From an uncultured Propionibacteriaceae bacterium (GTDB lineage: Bacteria > Actinomycetota > Actinomycetes > Propionibacteriales > Propionibacteriaceae), in assembly GCA_964402325.1 (NCBI GenBank), contig CAYOBI010000001.1:8466-72465 (forward strand): 64,000 bases of DNA, given 5' to 3'. Positions 52,448 through 60,707 of this stretch are shown here, piece after piece (position 1 is the first letter of the stretch; each line of letters begins with the position of its first letter). The notes under the pieces are model-generated. The model saw nothing but the letters and a program-made list of their open reading frames with translations, did no database searches and had not been told where the DNA came from. A program made the position numbers and the translations under genes.

Positions 52448-53164
52448 ATGCTGCAGCAGATCACCGAGTTCATCCTCGGCGCCACGACGTCCCTGTGGGC
52501 GTACGCGCTGCTGGTGTTGCTGATCATCGGGGACGCGGTGATCCCGGCGGTGCCGAGCGAGTCGGTGGTCATCTCGATGGCCTCGGTGCTGGTTCACAGC
52601 CAGCCGGCGCTGCTGGTGGTGCTGTTCCTGGTGGCGGCCGGCGGGGCCTGGTGCGGCGACAACATCGCCTACTCGATCGGTCGGTCGCGGTGGCTGTCGG
52701 GCAGCGCCCTGTGGCGGCGCCCGAAGATCGCCGCGGGCGTCGACTGGGCCCGCGAGGAGCTCTTCCGGCGGGGGGCGACGTTCATCATCGTCGGCCGGTT
52801 CATCCCGGGCGTACGGATCGTGATCAACCTGGTCTGCGGCCTGGTGGGCTACTCGCGGCGCCGGTTCATGGAGGTCGTGGTCGCGAGCTCGTCGCTGTGG
52901 GCGCTCTACTGCGTGCTGATCGGCAGCCTGGCCGGGGCGTGGTTCCGGGACAACCCTCTGATCGGGATCGCGATCGCGATCGTGGCCGGCATGGTCCTCG
53001 GCCCGCTGGTCGACTGGCTGCTCCGGCGGACCGTGCTGCGCGCCCCGGTCGGGACCACCGCCACCGAGGCGGGCAACGCCACGACCGACCCGTCGGACCC
53101 TGACCCGGCTGAGGCCGGCGGCGAGGACGCCGACGGTGAGGGGACGCGCCCCGAGGGGCGGTAG
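52448..53164 (+). CDS. DedA-family membrane protein
   Basis: In frame with ORF 52418..53164 from MLQQITEF. Motifs: GDAVIPAVPSE, GRFIPGVRIVIN. The C-terminal tail is acidic. Confidence 0.85.
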   Translation: MLQQITEFILGATTSLWAYALLVLLIIGDAVIPAVPSESVVISMASVLVHSQPALLVVLFLVAAGGAWCGDNIAYSIGRSRWLSGSALWRRPKIAAGVDWAREELFRRGATFIIVGRFIPGVRIVINLVCGLVGYSRRRFMEVVVASSSLWALYCVLIGSLAGAWFRDNPLIGIAIAIVAGMVLGPLVDWLLRRTVLRAPVGTTATEAGNATTDPSDPDPAEAGGEDADGEGTRPEGR

Positions 53165-53198
53165 CGACGACCGGCCGACCCGGCGGGACCGGCTCGTC

Positions 53199-53726
53199 TC
53201 AGCACATCTTCTCCAGCGTGTTCAGGTTGCGGTTGGTCGTGACGGCCCGGAACCGCCGCTGCCCCAGCACCTTGGCGAAGGGCGTGCCGAGGGTCGAGCC
53301 CTTCGGGCAGGACCAGTAGACGACGCTGGTGCCCCCGGCCACCCGCTCGCGGCCGCCGCCGGGCTCATGGGCGGCCGTCTGGGCCAGGTCGACCAGGTCG
53401 GCGGCCACCCGGTCGGTGGCGCACAGGATCGCATAGCGATGGTGGTCCGGGGCCGTCGGGAAGGGGTAGCCCTCGATGATGGCCGCCAGTTCGGTCCGGG
53501 GCAGGAGTTGCACGTGCGCTTCGTACCCGAACGTCGAGGTGAGGGCCTCCTCGATCGTGGGCCGCAGCTCCCGGGGCTGCTCGGCGGAGCTGAAGGTCAC
53601 GTTGCCGGTCTGCAGGTAGGTGCGGATGTCCTCCAGGCCGACGTCCGCCAGGCAGTCCCGGAGTTCGCCCATGGGGACCCGGATGCCGCTGACGTTGATG
53701 CCCCGCAGGAACATGGCGTATTCCAT
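53199..53726 (-). CDS. DUF1697-family protein
   Basis: In frame with ORF 53199..53885. ATG 53726 follows GGAGG. The family-typical N-terminus is MEYAMFLRGINVSGIRVPMGELR. Confidence 0.75.
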   Translation of the reverse strand: MEYAMFLRGINVSGIRVPMGELRDCLADVGLEDIRTYLQTGNVTFSSAEQPRELRPTIEEALTSTFGYEAHVQLLPRTELAAIIEGYPFPTAPDHHRYAILCATDRVAADLVDLAQTAAHEPGGGRERVAGGTSVVYWSCPKGSTLGTPFAKVLGQRRFRAVTTNRNLNTLEKMC

Positions 53727-53748
53727 CGCTCCGGACCTCCCGGTGCCG

Positions 53749-54366
53749 TCAGTTGCGGACGCTGATCCTGTCGGGCTCGCTGTCGTCCGGTGTGCTGCCC
53801 GCCGCCGGCACCGCGGAGGCCTCGGCGGTTGGCGTCCCGGTCTCGACCGACGTCGCCGTCTCCCGGATCGGACGGGTGTCGCCACGGAAGACGATCCAGC
53901 GCATCCCGACGTACGTCCACAGGCCCTCGCAGACCGCGGCGATCAGGCGGGAGAGCTGGAACTGCACCCCGAGGTGCTCCAGTCCGGTGCCGACCCCCTG
54001 CAGCAGGACGAAGTAGTTCACCAGGACGACGAAGGCGTACCGCACGGTCTGCGGGCCCACCGGGGCCTTGGAGTGGAAGTTCAGCCACCGGTTGAGCAGG
54101 TACGACAGCACCAGGGCGGTGCCGTAGCCCACGGTGGTCGACACCGGGTAGGGCGCGTGCAGGCCGCGGAACACCAGGGTGAGGACCGCCATGTCCACGA
54201 AGAAGGTGAACAGGTTGAGGATCGCGTAGCCGATGAAGTCCGGCGGGACGATCTGACGGACCCGGCCGGGGAGGCGACGCCACAGGCCCTGTCGCAGCGC
54301 CAGGAAGCGGTCGGCTGCGGTGCGACGCGGGATCGCGGTCGGATCTGACTCGGGGGTGGCCTGCAC
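53749..54366 (-). CDS. GtrA-family membrane protein
   Basis: ORF 53749..54366 with a GTG start. It has 4 TM segments. The LNRWLNFH and YVGMRWIVF blocks are typical of GtrA-like proteins. Confidence 0.75.
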   Translation of the reverse strand: MQATPESDPTAIPRRTAADRFLALRQGLWRRLPGRVRQIVPPDFIGYAILNLFTFFVDMAVLTLVFRGLHAPYPVSTTVGYGTALVLSYLLNRWLNFHSKAPVGPQTVRYAFVVLVNYFVLLQGVGTGLEHLGVQFQLSRLIAAVCEGLWTYVGMRWIVFRGDTRPIRETATSVETGTPTAEASAVPAAGSTPDDSEPDRISVRN

Positions 54367-54497
54367 GGGATCAGCCTACGCGAGGGGGCAACGTCATGCC
54401 GTGTCAGTCGTGCCGCAACTTCTCAGAATGCACCCAGGCGGCGCCCCGGGCGGGGCGCCACGCCGGGCGTCGGCCGGCTCGGCCGCGCGCGAGGGAC

Positions 54498-55910
54498 TCA
54501 GGAGAGCTCGAGGCGCCGGCCCATGTCGGACATGAACAGGCCGTCCGGGTCGACCCGGCGACGGGTGGCGATCCAGCCGTCGATCTCCGGGTACATCGCG
54601 TGGAAGTTCTCCGCACCGGTACGCGAGTCCTTGGCCGTGTAGAGCCGGCCGCCGAACTCCATCACCCGGGCGTCCAGGCCGTTCAGGAAGGTGTCCAGCC
54701 CGCGCCGGATCGGGAAGTCGACGCAGACGTTCCAGCCGCGCATCGGGTAGCTCAGCGGCGCCCGGTTGCCCTCGCCGAAGAGCTTGAACACGTTCAGGAA
54801 GGAGTAGTGCCCCGAGCGCTGGATGTCGCCGATGATGCTCTTGAACTCCTCGACCGCTGCCGGCGGGACGACGAACTGGTACTGCAGGAAGCCCTCGGTC
54901 CCGTACGCCCGGTTCCACTCCCCGAACAGGTCGAGCGGGTGATAGAACTGCGTCAGGTTCTGCACCTTGCCGGTGTAGTTGCCGCTCTTCAGGTACCAGG
55001 CCGTGCCCAGGGCGCTGAAGGTGTACTTGTTCGCGAGCCCGTTGGGGAAGACGTCCGGCAGGGTGACCAGGGTCGGGGCGTCGAAGGCCAGCGGATCCTT
55101 GCGCAGCTTCGCCGGGAGCTCGTCGAGCTTCGCCAGCGAACCGCGCGAGATCGCCGCGCGACCGAGCTTCGGTGGCGCGCTGATCGCGTCGAACCAGGCG
55201 CTGGAGTACTCGTAGCGGGACTCGGACCCGTCGGAGTGCACCGCGATCGTCTCGTCCAGGTCATGGGTGACGACGCCGTCCGCGATGAAGTACGCGGTCT
55301 CGGTGCGGGTCATCGAGAGCCGGACCCGCAGGATGATGCCGGTCAGCCCGATGCCGCCGATGGTGGCCCAGAAGATCGAGGCGTCCGGGTCGTCCGGAGT
55401 GCCCTCCGGGGTCAGCTCGAGGACCCGCCCGTCGGCGACCAGCAGCTGCATCCACAGCACGTGGTCACCGAACGACCCGGCGCTGTGGTGGTTCTTGCCG
55501 TGCACGTCGTTGCCGATCGCCCCGCCGACGGTCACCTGGCGGGTGCCGGGCAGCACCGAGACCCACAGGCCGTAGGGCAGGGCCGCCTTCATCAGCGCGT
55601 CCAGGCTCACGCCGGCGTCCAGGTCCACCGTCGCCGCGTCCGGGTCGATCGAGTGGATCGTCGTCAGGCCGGTCATGTCGACCACCAGGCCGCCGCCGTT
55701 CTGGGCGACGTCACCGTACGACCGGCCCAGGCCGCGGGCCAGCACGCCGCGGCCACCGTCGGCACGGCGGTCGGCGGCGACGCGGACGGTCTCGATGATC
55801 GTCTCGGCGTCGTACGGGTGCAACACGTCAGCCCGGGAGGGCGCGGTGCGTCCCCACCCGGACAGGAGCTCGGAGGTGGTCGGGGCGCTGGGGGTGACTG
55901 AGGTGCTCAT
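54498..55910 (-). CDS. dprE1: decaprenylphosphoryl-beta-D-ribose oxidase-like FAD oxidoreductase
   Basis: In frame with ORF 54498..55952 from MSTSVTPS. Motifs: [32 protein letters not shown], and the C-terminal YTAKDSR...GLF. The length and pattern are typical of DprE1. Confidence 0.8.
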   Translation of the reverse strand: MSTSVTPSAPTTSELLSGWGRTAPSRADVLHPYDAETIIETVRVAADRRADGGRGVLARGLGRSYGDVAQNGGGLVVDMTGLTTIHSIDPDAATVDLDAGVSLDALMKAALPYGLWVSVLPGTRQVTVGGAIGNDVHGKNHHSAGSFGDHVLWMQLLVADGRVLELTPEGTPDDPDASIFWATIGGIGLTGIILRVRLSMTRTETAYFIADGVVTHDLDETIAVHSDGSESRYEYSSAWFDAISAPPKLGRAAISRGSLAKLDELPAKLRKDPLAFDAPTLVTLPDVFPNGLANKYTFSALGTAWYLKSGNYTGKVQNLTQFYHPLDLFGEWNRAYGTEGFLQYQFVVPPAAVEEFKSIIGDIQRSGHYSFLNVFKLFGEGNRAPLSYPMRGWNVCVDFPIRRGLDTFLNGLDARVMEFGGRLYTAKDSRTGAENFHAMYPEIDGWIATRRRVDPDGLFMSDMGRRLELS

Positions 55911-55978
55911 CAGGGCCAGCCTACGACTCCCTCGCACCGGGATGCGCGGCACCCCGGGACAGCGGGGACCGTGCGTCG

Positions 55979-56893
55979 TCAGGCCTGCGGCTCGTCCCCG
56001 GCGGGTGGCTCGTCCAGGCTGCGGAGGAACTTCTCCGCCTCGGCCGCGATCTCCTCGGCGCCGGGCAGGTCGGTGGACCGCGGGGCGGCCTCCAGTCGGT
56101 ACTCGGCCATGAACCGGTCGTACTGGTGCTCGAGCTCGGCGACCATCTCCCCGGTCTCCTCCGACGAGGCGACCTGCTGGTCGATCTCGGCGCGGACGGC
56201 GGAGCGGACGAGTTCCAGTGAGGCGGTCGGCAAGGCGATCCCGGTGGCGTTCCGGAGGCCCTCGATGACGGCGAGCGCGGCGTCCGGATAGTCGCCGGGC
56301 GCGAGGTAGTGCGGCACGTGTGCGGCCAGCCCGATCACGTCGTGGCCGTCCTCCCCGAGTCGCAGCGCGAGCATCGACGGGAACGAGGCGCGCATCCGGA
56401 CGGTGCCGAAGAGCGGCCGGTTACCCGGGATCAGTTCGGGGCGGGAGGCCCACCGGGTCACCTGCACCGGGCGGGTGTGCGGGGTGGACATCGGGATGCC
56501 CTGGACGAAGACGGTGGTGCGCACCTCGTGGTCGTCCACCAGGCGCTCGATCGTCGCCGCGAGTTCCTCCCAGCGGAAGTCCGGCTCCGGGCCGCGCAGC
56601 AGCAGGAACGGCAGGCCGTTGCTGTCGGTGGCCTCCATCAGCACCAACTCCGGGGGTTCGTAGTCGGTGAAGCGATCTCCGGCGAAGGTGATGCCGGGGC
56701 GTTCGGCCCGGTGGTCGACCAGCACGTCGGCGTCGAAGGTGCCGATCCGGTGGCTCTCCAGCCCCTCCCGGACCTGGTGGTCGAGGAGGCGCTGGGTGTG
56801 TCCGGCATCGACGAACCCCCCGAGGGTGACGACGAGTGTGTCCGCACGCACACGACGAGGGTCGACGTGGGATTCGTACGTGAAGAGCGGCAT
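55979..56893 (-). CDS. PAC2-family (proteasome assembly chaperone 2-like) protein
   Basis: In frame with ORF 55979..57007 from MPLFTYES. Blocks: [32 protein letters not shown]. The C-terminal tail is acidic. Confidence 0.75.
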   Translation of the reverse strand: MPLFTYESHVDPRRVRADTLVVTLGGFVDAGHTQRLLDHQVREGLESHRIGTFDADVLVDHRAERPGITFAGDRFTDYEPPELVLMEATDSNGLPFLLLRGPEPDFRWEELAATIERLVDDHEVRTTVFVQGIPMSTPHTRPVQVTRWASRPELIPGNRPLFGTVRMRASFPSMLALRLGEDGHDVIGLAAHVPHYLAPGDYPDAALAVIEGLRNATGIALPTASLELVRSAVRAEIDQQVASSEETGEMVAELEHQYDRFMAEYRLEAAPRSTDLPGAEEIAAEAEKFLRSLDEPPAGDEPQA

Positions 56894-57185
56894 GGTGTCC
56901 GACACGGCTGCCTTCCGGGGTCTGGGTGGGGCGATCTTCTCCTTCAACACCCCGGTCGGCCGATCCATTCCGGCCGGGGGCCGCCGGTCCTTCCGAGGAC
57001 GGGGCACCCGGCAAATGCCGGGAGTCCACCCCGGGCATCACCGAGCTGCCGGGGTGGTGTTCCTCCCTGCGGGATAGTGATCTGAGTCACATGTCTCGGC
57101 GGGTTAGTTTCGGATCCAACGGTCGCCCCGGGCAGTGAGCACAAGCACCCGTCGCGGCCCTTCGCCATATCACGAAGGAGTCATC

Positions 57186-58100
57186 ATGGCCATCCTGCGG
57201 ATGGGATACGCGCACGTCCGGGTCACCGACCTGGCCGAGGCACGCCAGCACTACACCCAGACGCTGGGCCTCGACGAGGTCGCCGCAGTCGACGACAAGG
57301 TCTACTTCAAGGGCTGGGACGAGTGGGATCACCACTCCGTCGTCCTCGAGGAGGGTGGCGTCGGCCTGGTCAAGTTCGGCTGGAAGGCGCAGTACGCCGA
57401 GGACCTCGAGGGCATCGAGAACCGGGCCCGCACCTTCGGCCTGCAGACCGAGCGGTTCAGCAAGGGGGACAACCTCGAGGTCGGCGACGGCGTCCGGCTG
57501 TACACGCCGTCCGGCCACGTCTTCGAGGTCTACCACGACATCACCTCGGGCCAGTCCGACGTCGGCAACGTCAACCCGGAGGCCTTCCCGCGCGATCTGC
57601 GCGGCATCGGCGCCCCGGCCCTCGACCACGCGCTGATCACCACTCCCGACGTCGCCCTGCTGGAGCGGATGATGAAGGACGTCTTCGGCTTCTGGACCGC
57701 CGAGCAGGTCGCCACCTCGCTCGACGACGACGCCCACAAGATCGGCTGCTGGATGACCGGCTCCAACCAGATCCACCAGCTCGCCTTCATCGAGGGCCCG
57801 GAATCGAAGCTGCACCACTTCGCCTTCCGTCTGGAGGAGGGCTGGGAGGTCACCCGTGCCGCCGACCTCTTCGCGATGGACGACGTGCCGATCGACGTCG
57901 GCCCGACCCGCCACGGCATCACCCGCGGCAAGACGGTCTACTTCTTCGACCCGGCCGGCAACCGCAACGAGGTCTTCGCCGGCGGCTACCTGTCCTTCGC
58001 CGACCGTCCGACCGTGACCTGGACCGTCGACCAGCTGGGCAAGGGCATCTTCTACCACGCCCGCGAGCTGAACGAGCGCTTCACCACCGTCCTGACCTAG
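57186..58100 (+). CDS. catechol 2,3-dioxygenase-like extradiol dioxygenase (two VOC modules)
   Basis: In frame with ORF 57135..58100. ATG 57186 follows GAAGGAG. Motifs: GYAHVRVTDL, the HHSVVL and LDHALI..HQLAF..HHFAF metal-ligand regions, and YFFDPAGNRNEVF. Confidence 0.85.
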   Translation: MAILRMGYAHVRVTDLAEARQHYTQTLGLDEVAAVDDKVYFKGWDEWDHHSVVLEEGGVGLVKFGWKAQYAEDLEGIENRARTFGLQTERFSKGDNLEVGDGVRLYTPSGHVFEVYHDITSGQSDVGNVNPEAFPRDLRGIGAPALDHALITTPDVALLERMMKDVFGFWTAEQVATSLDDDAHKIGCWMTGSNQIHQLAFIEGPESKLHHFAFRLEEGWEVTRAADLFAMDDVPIDVGPTRHGITRGKTVYFFDPAGNRNEVFAGGYLSFADRPTVTWTVDQLGKGIFYHARELNERFTTVLT

Positions 58101-58110
58101 TCACGGTCGT

Positions 58111-58166
58111 CGGTGGCGTACGTCGGCTGGGGCGTACGCCACCGCGGGTACGCCAAGGGGGCGTAC
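58111..58166. other. two stem-loops built from GGCGTACGCC-type palindromic units
   Basis: Hairpin 1 pairs CGGTGGCGTACG (58111-58122) with CGTACGCCACCG (58133-58144). Hairpin 2 pairs GTACGCC (58148-58154) with GGCGTAC (58160-58166). Four copies of the GCGTACGC core occur within 56 nt. Confidence 0.5.
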
Positions 58167-58209
58167 GCACCGCTCGCCCGACACCCACTCGACCGGCGCG
58201 GAGCGACGG

Positions 58210-58243
58210 AGGGGCGGCGGACCCCCACGGGTCCGCCGCCCCT
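58210..58243. terminator. strong bidirectional hairpin between the convergent dioxygenase and glpX genes
   Basis: Perfect 14-bp stem GGGGCGGCGGACCC (58211-58224) / GGGTCCGCCGCCCC (58229-58242) with loop CCAC, plus a flanking A-T pair. Confidence 0.65.
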
Positions 58244-58270
58244 GCGCCATGTCCGGCACAGGCCGGGTGA

Positions 58271-59320
58271 TCACTTCCAGTCGATGCCCGCGACCTCGTG
58301 GCGGCGCTGGTACTCCTCGACCTTGTCGAGGTGGTGGTAGGCATCCACGTAGCGGATGGTGCCGGAGGCGGACCGCATCACGATCGAGTGGGTGCGGGCA
58401 CCGCCGTCGGGCAGGAAGCTGACTCCCTCGACCAGGTCGCCGGGGGTGATGCCGGTGGCCACGAACAGGGTCTGGTCGCTGGTCACCAGGTCGCCGGTGT
58501 CGAGGATCCGGTCGAGGTCGTGGCCGGCGTCGAGCGTACGCTGCCGCTCCTCGTCGGAGGTCGGCCAGAGCCGGGCGAGGATCCGCCCGCCGAGGGCCTT
58601 CATCGCGCAGGCCGTGACGACGCCCTCCGGGCTGCCGCCGATGCCGGCCATCATGTCGAGTTGCGGCATGTCCGGGTGCGCGGCCATCACGGCGGCGGCG
58701 ACGTCGCCGTCGGTGAACAGCCGGGTCGCGGCCCCCGCCTCGCGGATCTCGGCGATGAGCTGCTGGTGGCGGTCACGATTCAGCACGCCGACGGTGATCT
58801 GGTCGACCGGCTTGCCCTTGGCCCGGGCGACCTTGCGGATGTTGTCGGCGATGGGGGCGTCGAGGTCGAGCGCGTCGACGGCATCCGCGCCCACGGCGAG
58901 CTTCTCCATGTAGAAGCACTCCTTGGGGTTGTACATGGACCCGCCCTCGGCGCCGGCGAGCAGTGCGATGGAGTTGCGCATGCCCCAGGCGAGCAGTCGG
59001 GTGCCGTCGACCGGGTCGACCGCGATGTCCATCGCCGGGCCGTCGCCGTTGCCCACCTTCTCGCCGTTGGCGAGCATCGGCGCCTCGTCCTTCTCACCCT
59101 CGCCGATCACGATCGTGCCGTCGATCCGGACGTGGGACAGCACCTCTCGCATGGCGCCGACAGCGGCGCCGTCGCCGGATTCCTTCTGTCCGCGGCCTGC
59201 CCAGCGGGCGGCGGCGAGCGCGGCCGCCTCGGTGGCGCGCATCAGGTCGAGGCCGAGATTGTGGTTGGAGAGCATGAACTTCTGGGGAGTGGCGTCCGAC
59301 ACGGGGATCCTCCTGGGCAT
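58271..59320 (-). CDS. glpX: class II fructose-1,6-bisphosphatase
   Basis: ORF 58271..59374. Motifs: LMRATEAAALAAARW, IGEGEKDEAPML, VDPVDGT, LNRDRH, GIGGSPEG, and the C-terminal HSIVMRS. ATG 59320 is preferred; GTG 59302 is an alternative. Confidence 0.9.
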   Translation of the reverse strand: MPRRIPVSDATPQKFMLSNHNLGLDLMRATEAAALAAARWAGRGQKESGDGAAVGAMREVLSHVRIDGTIVIGEGEKDEAPMLANGEKVGNGDGPAMDIAVDPVDGTRLLAWGMRNSIALLAGAEGGSMYNPKECFYMEKLAVGADAVDALDLDAPIADNIRKVARAKGKPVDQITVGVLNRDRHQQLIAEIREAGAATRLFTDGDVAAAVMAAHPDMPQLDMMAGIGGSPEGVVTACAMKALGGRILARLWPTSDEERQRTLDAGHDLDRILDTGDLVTSDQTLFVATGITPGDLVEGVSFLPDGGARTHSIVMRSASGTIRYVDAYHHLDKVEEYQRRHEVAGIDWK

Positions 59321-59512
59321 GGCGAGTGGTGCAGGTCCACCGCTACCCTTTCGTGTCCGGGGGGAGGGCGCCACCCGTGCGGGGAGAAATGCCCTCCCTG
59401 TGGAACACCTGGGTGCCGAAGGGCCCGAGCGGGTCCGCGGCCGGGAACGCCGGCGCCCGCCGGGACCCGGTCAGGGCTTGCCGACAACCCGTCAAGGTCA
59501 GAGACTTCAATC

Positions 59513-60184
59513 ATGGTGATGAAGGATCCAGGCTTACCTCGCCTGTTCGTGGTGACCGCCGACCAGCGCCACAGCCGCCGGGGTCCGGACCGGGTCCCCG
59601 AGGCGCTCGCCGCTGTCGCGTCGCTGCCGCCCGGGGACGTCCTGCTGCCGTTCGAGCGTACGGCCGGCGACGAGGTCCAGGGGCTGCTCGGGACCGCGGC
59701 GGGGGTCACCGCCGTGGTCGGCCGGCTGGTGCGGCTGGGCGACTGGCGCATCGGTGTCGGCGTCGGCGCGGTCGAGTGGCCGCTCCCGGGTTCCACCCGG
59801 GCCGCGCGTGGTACGGCCTACCTCGCCGCCCGGTCGGCCGTGGAGGAGGCCCGCGGGCGGGCACCGGCGATCGCGTTGCGCGACGGCGACCTCCCGGTCG
59901 GGGGTCCGGACGTCCACGGCCGGGAGCGGTCGGGGGCGGCGTGGCGGGCCGAGTCGGCGCTGATGCTGTGGGGGGCGCTGTTGGCCCGACGGACACCCGA
60001 GGGCTGGGAGGTCGCCGATCTGCTCGATGCCGGTCTCAGCACGACGGCGGCCGCCCGGGCCCTCGGGATCAGCGCCTCTGCCGCCAGCCAGCGGGCCGGG
60101 CGGGCCGCGTACGCGGAAGTGCTGCGGGGCGCCGGACTTGTCAGTGCCCTGCTGGAGGATGCTGCCGAGGAGGTGGTCCGGTGA
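59513..60184 (+). CDS. SatD-like putative regulator (nucleotide-cyclase-like N-domain + C-terminal HTH), tentative
   Basis: In frame with ORF 58298..60184 from MVMKDPG. The N-domain has FVVTADQRHSRR...FERTAGDEVQGLL. The C-terminal HTH is LSTTAAARALGISASAASQRAGRA. The stop overlaps the next gene's GTG (GTGA). The family assignment is from memory only. Confidence 0.55.
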   Translation: MVMKDPGLPRLFVVTADQRHSRRGPDRVPEALAAVASLPPGDVLLPFERTAGDEVQGLLGTAAGVTAVVGRLVRLGDWRIGVGVGAVEWPLPGSTRAARGTAYLAARSAVEEARGRAPAIALRDGDLPVGGPDVHGRERSGAAWRAESALMLWGALLARRTPEGWEVADLLDAGLSTTAAARALGISASAASQRAGRAAYAEVLRGAGLVSALLEDAAEEVVR

Positions 60185-60618
60185 GTCCGGTGTTGCGACT
60201 GCTGGTCGAGGCGGGGGTGGTGGTGGCCTGTGCCCTGCTGGCGATCGGCCTCGGCGGCCGGATCGTGACGATCGTCTTCCGGCGTGTCGACCGGGCCGAG
60301 GCAGGGGCGGCCGGTCGCCCGCCGGAGGACCCCGGGAGTCCCGACGACGGGCCGCGGACCGTCCAGGGTGCCGCGAGCGTGCTGCGAGGCGGGTTGTGGA
60401 TCGGCCGGCTGGAGCGTCTCGCGGTGTTCGTCTGCCTGGTCGCCGGCTACCCGAACGGCCTGGCGCTGGCCGTCGCGGTGAAGGCGCTGGCCCGCTATCC
60501 GGAACTGAAGTCCACGACCAGCGCGGCGGCCGAGCGCTTCATCATCGGCACCTTCGTCTCGGTCCTGTGGGCCGCCGGCTGTGCGGGGCTGGCCCGGTGG
60601 GTGTTCACGTGGCTCTGA
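60181..60618 (+). CDS. small integral membrane protein (3-4 TM), coupled to the SatD-like gene
   Basis: In frame with ORF 59326..60618 from GTG 60181 (VSPVLRLLVEAGVVVACALLAIG). The conserved-looking core is LRGGLWIGRLERLAVFVCLVAGYPNGLALAVAVKALARYPELK...AERFIIGTFVS. Confidence 0.6.
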   Translation: MSPVLRLLVEAGVVVACALLAIGLGGRIVTIVFRRVDRAEAGAAGRPPEDPGSPDDGPRTVQGAASVLRGGLWIGRLERLAVFVCLVAGYPNGLALAVAVKALARYPELKSTTSAAAERFIIGTFVSVLWAAGCAGLARWVFTWL

Positions 60619-60707
60619 GACCGGTCCGCGAGGCGGCGCCCGGAGGCGGGACGACGCCCACAGGATCGGTCCGCGGGCCGGGGTCCGCCGATTGGTAGGG
60701 TCGGGGC

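Noticed and set aside
58298-59512. The first ~405 codons of the 628-aa plus-strand ORF 58298..60184
   Set aside because: This part is antisense to glpX and the intergenic region. The real coding part starts at 59513 (the SatD-like gene).
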